From Octopus sinensis (lineage: Eukaryota), in assembly GCF_006345805.1 (NCBI RefSeq), contig NC_043000.1:58776001-58840000 (forward strand): DNA of 64,000 nt. Direction: 5' to 3'. This document shows, in pieces, positions 1 to 13,525 of this stretch (position 1 is its first letter; each line of letters begins with the position of its first letter). The translations under genes and the position numbers were made by a program. Under the pieces are notes generated by a model. The model was not told the DNA's origin. It saw only the letters and a program-made list of their open reading frames with translations, and searched no databases.

Positions 1-635
1 AAGTTTTAGAACAAATAGGAATCTGTTAAAATTTCTGTCACATAATTTCCAAATTGTAGAGAGTTTTCTGACAAGTGAATAAAAAGAGAACCAAGTTATA
101 GTCAGTCTGCGTCATTATTCAAGTGCTGGTGTAAACTTTCAGGAAAATGCCATAACAAGTGACAAAATGTGAGTATATGGCTACAATATTGACACCAAAA
201 AGTAGTAATTGCAGTGGGTTGATCTTTCTGCCATGACCAAATAAAGTACAGCAGAACCCCTCAAATGTAAAGATTATGTCAGCCTTTTTTAATTAGAAGT
301 CCGTCATTCATTGTGAGCTTTTCACATTGGCAGACAGTTCGTGAAAAGTTTTCTGAGATGTCCTGAAGCATTTGAGAAAAGCAGTGCAAAAAAGAGGCCT
401 GAAATTTGGACAAATAATACCCAGATGCTGTACTGTGATAACAGGAGCTACTCCCATGTTACTTTATCTGGGGCATTTTGACAGAAGCATAAGATGATTC
501 TTAACAACCAGCCAGTTTACTTTCCGGAACTAGACTCTGCAAACGTTTTTGTTCCCAAACCCAAAATCAGACAACATACGACATATTTATATATGTGTGT
601 GTGTGTGTATGCATATATATGTATGTGTGTGTGTG

Positions 636-683
<48 letters not shown>

Positions 684-852
684 AGCTACCAAGAAAAAGT
701 ATTCTAAATGCATCCCAAAAATGGGGGGAAAGGGGGGGGGATGTTGGAAACAATGTACCAATAGTGAAGAGAAATATTTTGAAGGAGACATTCTGAGTAA
801 AGTGATAAATTTACTTTTTAAAAAGTTCTTTCTTTTTGGACAGATAAATTCA
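1..852 (+). mobile_element. Decayed mariner transposase 3' part, interrupted by a (TG)n(TA)n microsatellite
   Basis: Remnant peptides ITSDKM*VYGYNIDTK (TGDETWVYGYDPETK-like), [22 protein letters not shown] (SPDLAP-like) and EKYFEGD. Confidence 0.8.
590..678. repeat. Compound (TG)n/(TA)n microsatellite
   Basis: Directly visible; produces the YIYIYI ORFs. Confidence 0.95.
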
Positions 853-946
853 TACAAGACAGATAGATGCCAACATACTCACAAGACAGACAAATATTAA
901 GAGATACTAATAAAATATACGCTACATAAAACATATATAACACAAT

Positions 947-1166
947 TACTTTAGCATTCAGATTATTCTGTCAAATGTAATGCTTATTTATTCACATCAA
1001 TTTGGATTAGTCATGCATTATCCTGTAGCTTTGAAATTTCAATGATGTGAGTATTTATTTCTGGAATAATATTGTAGGGTAAGTGTGAGAGCCCAGATCT
1101 GGTCAGTTTGAACATAAAACTAGTAGAATATTTTGGCTGGATATGGCTGGTTTAAATGATAAAGGG
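947..1166. mobile_element. piggyBac-like MITE, same family as 27005..27216
   Basis: Right end ...AAAGGG|TTAA; degenerate left TIR ctttagcattca; similar internal sequence. Confidence 0.55.
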
Positions 1167-1282
1167 TTAAATAAGAAAGCACTGGTTTTATTATTGATAA
1201 AGGTAAATGGAATAACAGTACAAAGCAAATGAAAACTGCATTCAAAATATACAAAAATATAAATTTTCATCAATATACTAAC

Positions 1283-1376
1283 CAAAGAATTTTTGAAAAC
1301 AGTCTTTGACCAGCCTGTAATTATGACTGACATTGTTCACAACAGCTCCTAAACAACTCACACAACTCTGCAACAC
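1283..1376 (-). CDS. NIPBL: NIPBL exon (VLQSCVSCLGAVVNNVSHNYRLVKDCFQKFF), last exon found in the window
   Basis: Contains CVSCLGAVVN; acceptor aattttag, donor gttagt, ends in phase 1. Confidence 0.96.
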
Positions 1377-2497
1377 CTAAAATTTGTAAAGATAAAGTAT
1401 TTTAACTTCAAGTCACACAGAAAAAAAAATCAAGTCTAGATTTAGAAGAAACCTAAAAGATTAATACAAAATGTTTGTCATGTTCACAACTCAAAAAAAA
1501 TATTTACTCAACACAATGGAGCTGATGCAACTCTCTGGCTTGCCAACTCCTTACAAACTGTCCAACCCATGCCAGCATGGAAGACAGACATTAAATGATG
1601 ACAAATTATAGAATGTAAAACTAGACAATCAGTAGAGAAAATAAAATCGTTGCATATTCAACTAATACTAAGCAATGAAGTAAGAAGCTGCACTCAATTG
1701 GTTGATTATAAAAAAAAAACTAGAACATGCATATTGCCATATTGATAAAGAGAGCAAATGGAAATTTTATTATAAAAATAAATGAGTTTTCTCACATATA
1801 GCAATCAATGTATTGCAATGTAAGTTGTGTACCCTGGTTAAGAACACAATTTGGTTAGTGTTCAGTATAAAAATAAGAAACATAAAGCAAATACTTCAAA
1901 AAAGTAAAAAATGTGATGTATTTATATTCATCACAGTATTAATACTAAATTAACTAATTTACATGATAAGTATAGAAACTTGAATAAAAGTTTATTTATT
2001 ACTAGTAAAACTAGACTGATGTTTTAAATGTGATGAATATCATTTTATTTTTTCACTGAATCAATATATTTATATCCTAAAGTAGCAGAGATGGTTGTAA
2101 CTGTACAAAACATACTATATATTGTGTGTTTTGTACAGTTACAACTATCTCTTAATAAAACTCATTTAGTACATCTCTGTTTTGAGTCTAAATGCCATCC
2201 TTAATAACCAATTTTCAGTCCTCCAAGACTAATCAAATAAGTACCAATAATACAGGTTATTCAAGGGTAAATGATTACATCCCTATTCAACAAAGCATTA
2301 AATCTTTCCCTATTCAGAATTTAAATGTTATACACAGCTGTGATCTTGACAAAATATAACATAATGCATGCAATAACATACCTATCTTTTCTGCAGAAAA
2401 AATATTTTTTACTGCATGGCTAAGTTTTACACGTGCACACATACACACTCCAGTAACATAGGTAACTGTTACTAATAAATGAAAATTGTCAATTTAC

Positions 2498-2638
2498 CAT
2501 CATGCCATGCTTAAGAATTAATTTTATCATGTCTTCTTCCAACTGTGCAAGGAATGATTCACTTGGGTGGTCCATCAGAGGCACAATTAATTCTAATATT
2601 CTGGCAACATGATGAAGAACCATTGTGTCTTCTACAGT
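2498..2638 (-). CDS. NIPBL: NIPBL exon (TVEDTMVLHHVARILELIVPLMDHPSESFLAQLEEDMIKLILKHGMM)
   Basis: Contains PLM.HPSE.FLA..EED; AG/GT boundaries. Confidence 0.97.
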
Positions 2639-3139
2639 CTAAGAAAAATATATGAACAGAATTAGTTAATATTTATCAAAATTTTTAAATATTATCAAGT
2701 CATTATAATACCAAATGAAAGATATTTAAAAGGAATTCAAGATAGAAAATTTAAAATATTAACATTTGCTTGATATTTCTCTTCAAAATATTAATTTAAA
2801 AAAATGAACTCATTAACATATCAGTGTTATCTAAATTAAAATATCAATAATCTCAAATTCATTTTAGAACAATAGAAATTTGTGCTATTTTGATGAACAT
2901 TAACAGCATTAAGATAAATAATAACTGTGGTGGTGATGACTTATTAGCTTACACAGCTAGGTTATAGAAATTTACATAAATTTCATTAGCAACAAATATC
3001 AATAAGAATGACATATAAATTCAACTATCTTTTCAAAATTTTAATCATAAACAGTGACACACTAATGTAATCTGTGACCAAAATGCAAAAAATGATATTG
3101 AGATCAAAACCATAAAGCATAATTTTAAATGTTACTAAC

Positions 3140-3279
3140 ATTGCACTTGATATCCAGGTAAGGCTGCAAGGTTGTTCCATGATGCACAGCTAAATCAGGT
3201 CTTATCTTGCTGAACATGTATAACGTTGACAGACAAGCCACTAAATGCTCACTATTATTTCCAGATCCATCCACTGTTT
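3140..3279 (-). CDS. NIPBL: NIPBL exon (TVDGSGNNSEHLVACLSTLYMFSKIRP...TLQPYLDIKCN)
   Basis: Contains LVAC..TL..FSKIRP and QPYL; a second in-frame acceptor lies at 3273. Confidence 0.95.
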
Positions 3280-3824
3280 CTTGAAAGAAAGTAATGTACA
3301 ATAAAGTAAACCCTTAAAATATTTAGGAATGATCATTCATCTTCTTTAGTAAGGAGAGTGGGGATGAGGAGAGAGAGTGAGGAAAAGGAGATAGAGGAAT
3401 TGGAAGGAAAGGAAAGAAAGTTGGTAGAAATATAGTTAATGCATCTGTATACATTCAATGAATCAATGACAAAATGAATGATTCCTAATCTCTTTTATTT
3501 AAGTCAAAGTGTTGTAATCTTTCATAGATATTAAAAAATTATGATGATGACGAGCCAGAGCTAATTAAATAATATAATATAAAAATGATAAATTTCTTAG
3601 AGAAGAAACCTGATAAATTTCTTAGAGAAGAAACCTCAGACATGGAAGCAAAACCAAGAATTGAAAGGCCACAGGGTAAATTTGGCAAAGTGGTAAAACC
3701 TGATCTTGAGATGCTGACCTCATATAAAATGAAAGGTATTAGGAAAGAACAATATTTTATAATCTAAGTAGAATTACACTTTTATTAAGATCAAACAGGA
3801 AAATAGAAGTGAAATGAAGCTCAC

Positions 3825-3936
3825 CGACAGATTTTTCTTCCAATGATAAAACATTACCGACAAGGCAATTTACAATTTGGCGACAAGCTTGAAGTGCACT
3901 TTTGTTGACTTTCCCATTTTCATCTTCTTTTAACAG
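3825..3936 (-). CDS. NIPBL: NIPBL exon (LLKEDENGKVNKSALQACRQIVNCLVGNVLSLEEKSV)
   Basis: Lies within ORF 3757..3990; phase 0 to 1. Confidence 0.95.
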
Positions 3937-5151
3937 CTGCAAATGTATATTTACATTCAAAAGAAAAGTATAATTTAAACAAACACACATAAATAGAAAA
4001 TCTCATACAGTTCCACAAACAAACTATAAGCATAACAGACTTTGGTTTAAAGCTACTCAGAGTTTCAACTTTTCTTGTAGACCCAAAGCAACTTTAGAAT
4101 GCTTAATACTTAACTATTTCTACTTGAATTTTCAATATCTATTTCTACTGCTACTAAAAAGCACTGATAATGATGCCACATAAAAAGCATTCAGTGGTCG
4201 GCATTAGGAAGGGCATCAAGCTGTAGAAACCAAGCTAAAACAGACTATGGAACCTAGTGCAGCGCCTGGCCTTGTCAGTTCTTGTCAAGTCATCCAACCC
4301 ATGCCAGCATGGAAAATGGATGTTAAATGATGATGATGATGATAACAACGACGACTGCAAGAACAAAGGAGCCTCTACAAGGTCCCTCAATCTGCTAGAA
4401 CTAGCAGCCTAATCTTCTTCAACTTACACACTACCAACTTGAAAAAGAAAAGACACATTGGATAATGTAAACCTACATCTAAAATGAAGAAGAGGCACAA
4501 TTTGAATGCTTTTAATCATAGGTCTGTTCAATCAGCACTGATCTGAAGATAAACATTTATATCAGGTTGTTATAGTGTAGCCAACTTAGCTCGACTCTGA
4601 GCTGTTTGCATGTCTTTTTAACACGTTCATAATCTGATATATTAGCAGCTTGAGACTCTTTATTTCTCTTTATAATGCACTTGATATACTTTTGTAACAA
4701 CTGATGATATGTTGTAGTGCCAATCATCAAAGAAAACAACTTTCAGTTCAACCTAATCAATTGTTGTGACAGCAATACAAAACTATTCTTGCCTTTCTGT
4801 CTTTTATCATCTTAATTTCATTACTATCATCATATCTTTCTTACTGACTGAGCACACACATCAACAAAGCTACATTCTGAAGACTAGACTTCTTCCATGG
4901 AGTCACAAAAGACTTCAGTTTTGATCATCTGTGACAGCAAATCTCAAGTGAGACACTTTTAGAGTATCACAACACATTTAAGTTATCTAAAATGGTAAAT
5001 GCACTACTGTTGGCAAAATTATCAAAACAATATATTTATATACGGAGTTCTGGTATTTTTTAAAATGTTGAAGAAAAATAACATTTTAATTATATTTTCT
5101 AAAATATATAAATATTTTTTATTAACAACAAACCATCAAGTGACTACTCAC

Positions 5152-5205
5152 ATTTTCCAACATTTGTTCAAAGAATTCAATACCAGAATCCTTGCAAGCT
5201 GCAAC
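5152..5205 (-). CDS. NIPBL: NIPBL 54-nt exon (VAACKDSGIEFFEQMLEN)
   Basis: Matches human VAACRDTGYDWFEQLLQN; acceptor tttttag, donor gtgagt. Confidence 0.95.
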
Positions 5206-5334
5206 CTAAAAATTAAAAGAAAATTTCATAAAGTTATAATAAATATAGCATCATAATCAACACCATTTATTATATTCTACTTATGTGTACGTGTGTTAAC
5301 TTTTACCTGATTTCAGAGCTCATCTTTTATCTAT

Positions 5335-5539
5335 TACTTGTTTCAGTCATTTGACTGTGGCCATGCTGGGACATCACCTTGAAGAGTTTTGATGAAACAA
5401 AGCAACTCCAGAACTTATTTATTTCTTAAAGCCTAGTACTTATTTTATCAGTTGCTTTAGCCAAACCTCTAAGTTACAGGAACATAAACACACCAGCACT
5501 GGTTGTCAAGTGGTGGTAGGAAACAAACACTGACACAAA

Positions 5540-5587
<48 letters not shown>

Positions 5588-5602
5588 TGATGACAATGAC
5601 GA

Positions 5603-5649
<47 letters not shown>

Positions 5650-5810
5650 ACGGACTTCTTTCAGTTTCTGATTACCAAATCTACTCACACGACTTTGATT
5701 GGTCTAAGGATATAGTTGAAGATACTTGTCCAGGTTGTCATGCAGTGGGACTGAACCTGGAACTATGTGGTTGGAAAGCAAGCTTCTTACCACACAGCCA
5801 TGCCTGCACC
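5335..5810 (-). mobile_element. tRNA-derived SINE family A with internal (AC)n/(AT)n
   Basis: Body acttgtttcagtcatttgactg...cttcttaccacacagcc recurs at 28028, 35806, 47180 and 53031. Confidence 0.8.
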
Positions 5811-6049
5811 TTTGATAAGACTCTTGAGGAAGTTTCCAAGTAAGATACTTATGCCACTGGTCTTCACATTGATCCATTGTGCAGCAAGATATACTACATA
5901 ATTAAATGCCACCATTGCTGAATCAGTGTCAGGGAAAAGTCATAAAAGACAAGTATTAGTGCAAAGCTCATAGGAAAGACTATCCAAACTGAGTGATTTG
6001 CCCCTTGTGCACCAAGTTTACATTCAATAGTCATGGACACAAATAGAAG

Positions 6050-6790
6050 AGAGAGACAACTGGTTTAACTAAGAATATTCCTTCTGAAACAAAAATACTT
6101 GAAAAACCCATGCACTAACCAAGGCAAAAGAAAAAAGATCTCAGTCTCTGTCTTATGAAGATAACACTAATAATGAGGGCAAAGTCAAAAGCAAAAAGAA
6201 TATTTCATTTGTAGTCACCCATAATCTTAGGCAGCAAGACATCTTGTATTTGGTCAAGCAATACCTTCCATTCCTACATCAATCATCAAATCTCAGCCAA
6301 ATAATTAAGGAATCACAAATTATCAACAGCTGAAGACAACCAATAAATCTTGAAAGTCTTTTAAGAAAGGTGAAATTCACATCAGAAGAAATCAGGCAAG
6401 TAGCTAAATGTGGAGACCTTCATTGTGGAGTGTGTGAAATAACTGAACAGGGCAAAATGAAAAGGTTCAAGAATGAAGATTAACACAAATATGAATTGCA
6501 AAACAAAAAATTCACATTTACTGCATTACATGCCCACAATGCAATGGGAATTATATCAACTAAACAGGATCAAAATTAATACGTTGGATTAAGATACATA
6601 AGCAACAAATCAGAGATTCATCTCTTAGAAATGTTCCCTTAGAAATGAAGATCTATACATTTATGCAAATAGAAAATTCAAAATAGCCCCATTTTCAAAA
6701 TAAAGGAGGAGAAATGATCAAGTATGAAAAACAAAAGAAGAATACTTATTAAGAATCTTAAATCTGGAACTAAACCAGAAATAGTCAATG
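6050..6790 (+). mobile_element. Decayed Penelope-like retroelement, C-terminal region with GIY-YIG endonuclease
   Basis: Remnants LLKQKY, FVVTHN, RQPINLESLL, KCGDLHCGVC and IYCITCPQCNGNYI...IHKQQIRD, broken by stops and frameshifts. Confidence 0.7.
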
Positions 6791-8126
6791 CTGCTACTAA
6801 AAATACAGATTACCCCATAAAAAATGTTTGAAATACTGTGAAAGCAATTACACATCACAAATGCATCTTTCCAAAAGATTTGTCATTCGTTTTTTTTTTG
6901 GTTTTTTTTTTCAAATCTTGTAACTATACTAAGAATCATTTTAAAAACTACTTTTTAAATGTGTGTGCTCAATCATGCATGCATGTGTGTGGATATCATT
7001 AGCACCAGTTTAATGTCCGCTTTTCTGCGCTTGCATGAGTCAAAATTTATTGAGCAGATTTTCTACAGCCAGCCTCGCCCATAGCCAGGTATGCTTTTGC
7101 AGAATATAGGAAATGAATGACACAGCTTGTATGACAATGACGTTCATTTACAACTACCATGCAATATCAAGACAAGGGACACATACACATAGTTGATATT
7201 TTCTAATCAAAGATAGCTATCAATGACTGATCTCCTTCATTATCTTCAAGGAAAAGGTAAAACAGCTACAACCTTGAAATTATTTGATAGACTAGAATCA
7301 TCATTATTGTCCTGATGTTCACTATCCCATGCTTGCATGGATCATATGGAATTCAATGGGGCATTTTTTTCTATCACAAGATGCCCTTCTTGTTGCCATT
7401 TACCTGTTTTTATATTAAGTAATGTCCCTTTGACTGGACATGGCTTCATAAAGACACACCTGTCGAACAGTGACACACAAAATACATGTCAGGTAAAGGA
7501 GACACACATACACAATAGGTTTCTAGTTTCTACCTGGCAAATCCACTCAATGCTTTCATTGACCCAGTGCAATAACAGCAGACACTTGCCCATGGAGCCA
7601 TACAGTGGGACTGAACCCAAAACTATGTGGTTAGGAAATGAACTTCTTAACCAGTCATGCCTATGTCTAATCCCTTATATAATATTTTATTGACTTTATA
7701 ATGTCATAAATGTTGAAAAAATTTTGCAAAACAAGAAAAATGCCACATGTAAAAGATTTACAGAAAATTCAATGAAGAAACAAAAATTATCGCATTTAGG
7801 CCAATAAATGAAAGTAGTGCAAGAAAAAAAAGAATGAAAATAAAAAATAAAAATATATTAAATCAGATTGCCGTACATTTGTATTTGATCTAATTTTATT
7901 TTGTCTGGAACTATTAACTCACAAACCTTGCTTTCATCAATTAACATGAAAAGAACAAAAATGAATACTTCTAATCAAGAATATTACTTGAAATTCTCTC
8001 ATTAACATATTTTTCAAATAATATATTTTTTAAATCATGATGTTGGAAAAATGAAAATTGTAAATGACTGCTTGAATAAATAAAAATATGGAATTTTGAG
8101 TTCAGTAAATATCAAGAAAAACTCAC

Positions 8127-8228
8127 CACTTCAGTAATATTCACAACTCGCCGTAAAAGTTTTTCATCTGATTCTTTCTCTTTGCAAGGAGTAAACCACA
8201 TTGTTTGGAAAACTTCACTGACTAACTT
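8127..8228 (-). CDS. NIPBL: NIPBL exon (KLVSEVFQTMWFTPCKEKESDEKLLRRVVNITEV)
   Basis: Contains WFTP and NIT.V; donor gtgagt. Confidence 0.96.
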
Positions 8229-9116
8229 CTGTTCACAAAAAAGAATTTCAAAATTTTTTATTAATAATCAGTCATGTATGATATTCAAACTTAGAAACAA
8301 AAGTAATGTCTCTCAATTTCAGATATTTTACATTTCTTCTTAATAAATTACTAAAACTCAAAGTTTGTTAAATGTTTATCTAGTCTTAATCAAAATGCAG
8401 TACATGTTCACATGGTTTTACACAGTGCATATAGCGATTTTTTATTGGTTGACAGATAGAAACACTGAACAACAAATAGTTTTAATCATCATCGTTTAAT
8501 GTTTGATTTCCAGGTTTGCATGGGTTGGATGGTTTGACAGGGGCTGGCAAGCCAGAGGACTGTGCCAAGCTTAACTGTCTGCTTTTGCATGGTTTCTATA
8601 GCTGGATGCCCTCCCTATGTCAACCACTTTACAGAGTATGCTGGGTTCTTTTTTATGTGGTGCCAGTTTTCTTTGCTGAAATTATAAACAAAGCCAGTGA
8701 CATGTTTAGGCTCAGTGGTCCAGGTGCTTCTGACTGACAAGACAAAACACATTGAAATGCTGGTGTCTCAGAATCCCTTGAACAAATCAGCCAAGCATGT
8801 TATTAACATACTATTGTCATAAAAATGAGTTGTTCTCTGACACACATAACAACAACTAGCATATTTGTGTTTGAATCTGCTGGAACATATTAAGAATAAC
8901 TATGCAAATCATCATTTCAGATCTCATTGTACATAGCACATGACACAATTTAATTCCTTTAATGTGACAGATTTTAGCTCATTTTTATTCATTTATGAAC
9001 CCAATTTAAAATGAATTATGACAATTATTTTCGGCAACAAACATCAACTAAGTGTACAAGAATTACTTCCCACCAACTTTTCCCACAAAATAGAAAAAGT
9101 TATGAAAAAAAATTAC

Positions 9117-9251
9117 CTTTATTCCTTCTTCATCATTTACCCTACGTATCATTTTTACACACATTTCAGGTATTTTATTAAAATCTGGTTGTTCCAAACA
9201 TATATCTTTGAAAATTTTGATTACCCTTTTGCGAACACTGATACCAGTATC
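9117..9251 (-). CDS. NIPBL: NIPBL exon (DTGISVRKRVIKIFKDIC...MIRRVNDEEGIK)
   Basis: Near-identical to the conserved motif; AG/GT boundaries. Confidence 0.97.
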
Positions 9252-9414
9252 CTGGAATAATATAAATAAGGATATGTCACAGTTTTAACTCCATTACACT
9301 CCACATTTTCTTGTATTACTATCATAAATTAATATTACAGAAAAACTGAAATAAAGGTAAAGACAAATTATTCTGATGAAATCAAATTATTAAAACAAAA
9401 GAAAAGAAACTTAC

Positions 9415-9561
9415 CAAAATTCTGTCACATAACATATCATAGTACTTAGGGATGAGTTCTGGACGGATCAAAATAAATTTACCCACTAGCTCAACTGCTG
9501 CTTCACGTACTGATGTTGATTGATCAAGAAATCTGCCATGGACACCTCGCTGCATATCATC
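9415..9561 (-). CDS. NIPBL: NIPBL exon (DDMQRGVHGRFLDQSTSVREAAVELVGKF...DRIL)
   Basis: Lies within ORF 9382..9600; conserved motif. Confidence 0.97.
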
Positions 9562-11129
9562 CTGAAAAACAAAATGCAATTTGAATAAGTCATCCACCAT
9601 TAATCATCATTTTTATGTCTATATTTTCCATGCTGATACAAGTGGGGAAAATTTCTTGTGCCAAACTACTACAACTGGATGCCCTTTCTGATGTCAATAC
9701 TTTTCAAGAAAGACACTTTATTCCAATAGTTTTTAACATCAAATTCACATACATACATACATGCAAAATGGTCATAAATGAATTTTATCTCAAGGACAAA
9801 AACTCTACTGGGTTGCTAAATCATACAGAATCAAAATTGCTATAGACATGATAGCATTCTTTTACTCACTAATGAACCTAATTTAAAATATTTTATCAAG
9901 AATTACTTTCAGCAACAAATATCAAAACCCAAACCATATGGTTGTGAAACAGTTCTCTTCAACTCTCCACCTGAATTCGAAGACACTGTATTTTATTTTA
10001 ACTATCATGCACTCCAGTTTGAATATTATTTCAAGTGGACAAGTAAAATGAATTTTTGTTACTCTAATTATATAGTAAATGGTAATTTCTTCCATGCTGG
10101 TCCTATTAAAAAATATGTAACAGCTCAAGATGGAGTAAAAAGTAGGAAAGAAATTATGAACCAACATTCCTATTTTTGGTAAAGCAACATATTAGAAAGT
10201 TAAAGATAAATTCTCTACTAAGTGTGCTTATGTCAATTCAAGTTCTGTACCTTTTGCACAGGACCATTATAGAAACTATCAAAAACTATACAAGGATTCA
10301 AGTCTTGAGCCAGTGGAGAAGCCTTTAGGCAGTTGCTTAACCAACTAGAAAATGCAGTCAACTATTCTTCAGATTACATACTACATTTTTTTAAAATTAT
10401 TTTTAAGTAAAAGAGGAATCACATTGGGTAATACAGCATTAGATATATAAAAGGACAGGATGACCAAGGTTGGAACATCTTTTAATGATAGATCTGCTCT
10501 ATTAGGGTCAACACTGAACGACAAACGATAAAAATTCAATGTAGCTAGCATGTGCACACAAACACACACACAATGGAAAGTTACACATACTTTTAATTAA
10601 TCAAAAAAATTTTTGTCTGAATATTTAAGGTACACTCTCTACTTCTCGACTCTCTTTCTAAACTAAGAGATTCACCTCTCCACCTGAATTCAAAGTCAGT
10701 GTATTCTATTTTAACTATCATGCACTCTAGTTTGAATATTATTTCAAATGGACAAGTAATATGAATTTCTGTTACTCTAATTTTATAGTAAATGGTAATT
10801 TCTTCCACTTTTTATGACCAACTTTAGTAAATATACAGTTTTGATACATTAATACAATTGCTAATTTATTGCACACATACACACACACACAAAACAAATG
10901 CTGTATTTATCTAATTCTAATAAATATCATGAGTGATTATTTCCCAAATCCTAATTTAGAATTCATTTGAATGTTCAACATTAGACAAGCTAACTGAACT
11001 GTTTAATGTGAGACACTGCAAAAACTAAATCATTAGAAAATAATGTTATAAAACTTTTAAAAAAAAAAAGTAACCTCAAAGCTTAAAATAAAAAGCCAAA
11101 AAAGCAAATGAGAAAAAATTAATTTTTAC

Positions 11130-11228
11130 CCGTGCCAAGATACTCGGGTCAGCTTCAACAACTGCAGATAAGCATTTCATAGCCTTTGTTCTCACAGCAA
11201 CAGCTGTTTCACTAAGTACCCGCAAGAT
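11130..11228 (-). CDS. NIPBL: NIPBL exon (ILRVLSETAVAVRTKAMKCLSAVVEADPSILAR)
   Basis: Conserved HEAT motif; AG/GT boundaries. Confidence 0.97.
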
Positions 11229-11477
11229 CTGTAAAACAAAATATATAATTTTAAAAGCTGAAACTATATTATCAAATAAATGTTTTGCTAAAGTTTTACT
11301 TCATCATAATGATTACTTATTATGATGAAAAACTGATCAGAAAAGATATTCATTATAAGAGAAATATAACTCAAAATATGTTTTATGAATAATATAAAAT
11401 ATTCTGTAAAATGTTTCATAAATACTAAATTAAAAATAGAGACTTTTATCTCAAATTAATGATACTTAAGAATTTGT

Positions 11478-11529
11478 TACACACACACACACACACACAC
11501 ATCCATCCATGCATGTTTATATATATATA

Positions 11530-11572
<43 letters not shown>

Positions 11573-11576
11573 ATAT
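11478..11576. repeat. (AC)n plus interrupted (TA)n microsatellite
   Basis: Directly visible. Confidence 0.9.
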
Positions 11577-11637
11577 GAATGAATGAAATTACATACAGCA
11601 CTAGAAATGTTAGAAATCCTAAATTCATATATCATAC

Positions 11638-11740
11638 CTGAGTCAAATATATATCAAAGCTCTGTGCAAAAGGTCTTTTTGAACTCAAATAACAAGCTGC
11701 AAGACAGGCCTCTTGATAAACAAGTAAGTAATTTGATGTC
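11638..11740 (-). CDS. NIPBL: NIPBL exon (TSNYLLVYQEACLAACYLSSKRPFAQSFDIYLTQ)
   Basis: Contains RPFAQSFDIYLTQ; phase 2 to 0. Confidence 0.96.
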
Positions 11741-12764
11741 CTGTTTACAAAAAGAATAAACATGCTTTGAATTTTAAATGAATTTGTACATTCATCTTTT
11801 TCACTCATATTTGCTAATTATTTGAATTTTATAACTCAGAATCTTCAGAGCTAAATAAAGATTGGAATTAATTCAATATAAACATCAATTCTACATACAG
11901 CTATCATTTGTTAGATAGAGTCATATGAATGCTCTTGTTGTTGTTTTTTCATTATGGTATTCTGGCTTGATCATAACCTATCTTAAATAGTTCTACATAT
12001 TGTCTATTATATTTGCTTTAGTTATTTTTAAAAACTTCAAATTTTTATGTCTGAGCTTATTTTGTTAACTCAAATATAAATTTTTCATATATCAAACAGA
12101 CAAACTTTACAAAATATCTTATTGAGGCAAAAGAACATATAAAATCTTTTTCATCTCATTCAGGTTTCTTCTGACAACTCCCACAAGAATAAAGGTAGTT
12201 GGGCTATATAATCTCTCAAGTATTAAGCCTCCACATCCATTGATGTTCTCAACAAACTAAATAATGTTATTCTGAGCCTTTATGTAATTGCTCAACTTGC
12301 TAGCAACAATAATTCTCCTCTCTCTCTCTCTCAAACCACACACTACCAGCTTTAAAAAAAGGATTTTTTGGATAATTTAGTTGCCTTTTATCACAGAGGT
12401 GCTCAGTCTTGAGGCTAAGCAACTCTTCTATTCCAAGCTAATGAAGGAGTCTTTTAATAGTTGCTAGATATAACAGTTAAATCTTGAAATCAAATTCTAC
12501 CATCTTAAAAAAAACGACATTTGAATAATACAGATCTAGATACACTAAATCTGGAAAAATAGATGGAATGGTTATGTCTAGGACACCTTTGATCATAGGA
12601 TGGCTTTGCACAATCAAACCTGACCTGAGGCTAACCACTACCTCATTCTCACTCCAAAAAAGTTTCCTCCAAAATATGAAAGTATGCTTTTGTATGTTCT
12701 AAATCCATTCTCAAAACCAATAATTTATTTCACTAAATCAAACTACCATTATCCGAAACATCAA

Positions 12765-13000
12765 CATCCTTTAATGTTTGCTTTCCATGCTGGCATGTGT
12801 TGGATGGTTTGACAGGAAATGACCAGTTGGGGAGTTACCCAGGTTCCAACCATTCATTTTGGCATAGTTTCTACAGCTGAATGCACTTCCTAATGTCAAC
12901 CACTTTACAGAATGTACTAGGTGCATTTCATGTGACACTGGCATAGGCACCTTTATGTGACACTGGCATAAGCACTTTTTATGTGAGACCAGCACTTGCA
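12765..13000 (-). mobile_element. RTE-type 3' tail repeat with short internal tandem subunits
   Basis: tttccatgctggcatg...ttctacagctg...aaccactttacag shared with 61660 and 62440. Confidence 0.6.
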
Positions 13001-13319
13001 AGCCCTCAAGGGAAGGACCTCAGAGCTGAGAGAGGGATGTAGAGAACATACCTGTATGTATGGATGGATGGCTACAGTTTTACTTAGCTTGACATGTCTT
13101 CTCAAGCACAGCAAACCACCAGGAGTCTCAGTCCTTTGTCATCTCCTCTGCAAGACCCAATGTCTGAAGATCCTTTCTCACTATTCCATCCTAAACTCAG
13201 GCAAGAATATAATGCAGTAATTTCTTATGAAATATAAATAATCAGTACTAATTTAGAATATTTTATTATCTAATTGAATTGATAGTTTCAAAATTTCTAA
13301 TGCATAAAAGATATGATAC

Positions 13320-13525
13320 CTCACAGTTCCCAATGGTTTGGGATTCACAGGAACCATTGACAGCAAAAACTTTTTCTTTCTTTCAGAACCAGCCAAGATT
13401 TCTGCTAATCTGTCTACTTCTTCAATATCACCATCTTGTTCTGCTCTAGATCCTTTCTTTGCTGACTTTTCAGCTTCCATATCCGTATCCCGATACCATT
13501 GTGCAATGTAAAATGAACGAGAAAA
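13320..13525 (-). CDS. NIPBL: NIPBL exon (FSRSFYIAQWYRDT...ERKKKFLL...PLGTV)
   Basis: Contains FYIAQW.RD; AG/GT boundaries, phase 0 to 2. Confidence 0.96.

Noticed and set aside
494-857. ORFs with YIYIYI/CVCV runs (also 5503, 53201 and similar)
   Set aside because: Translations of microsatellites or SINE interiors
13310-13319. Donor gtatca as a possible U12 intron
   Set aside because: Does not match GTATCCTT; treated as an ordinary U2 donor
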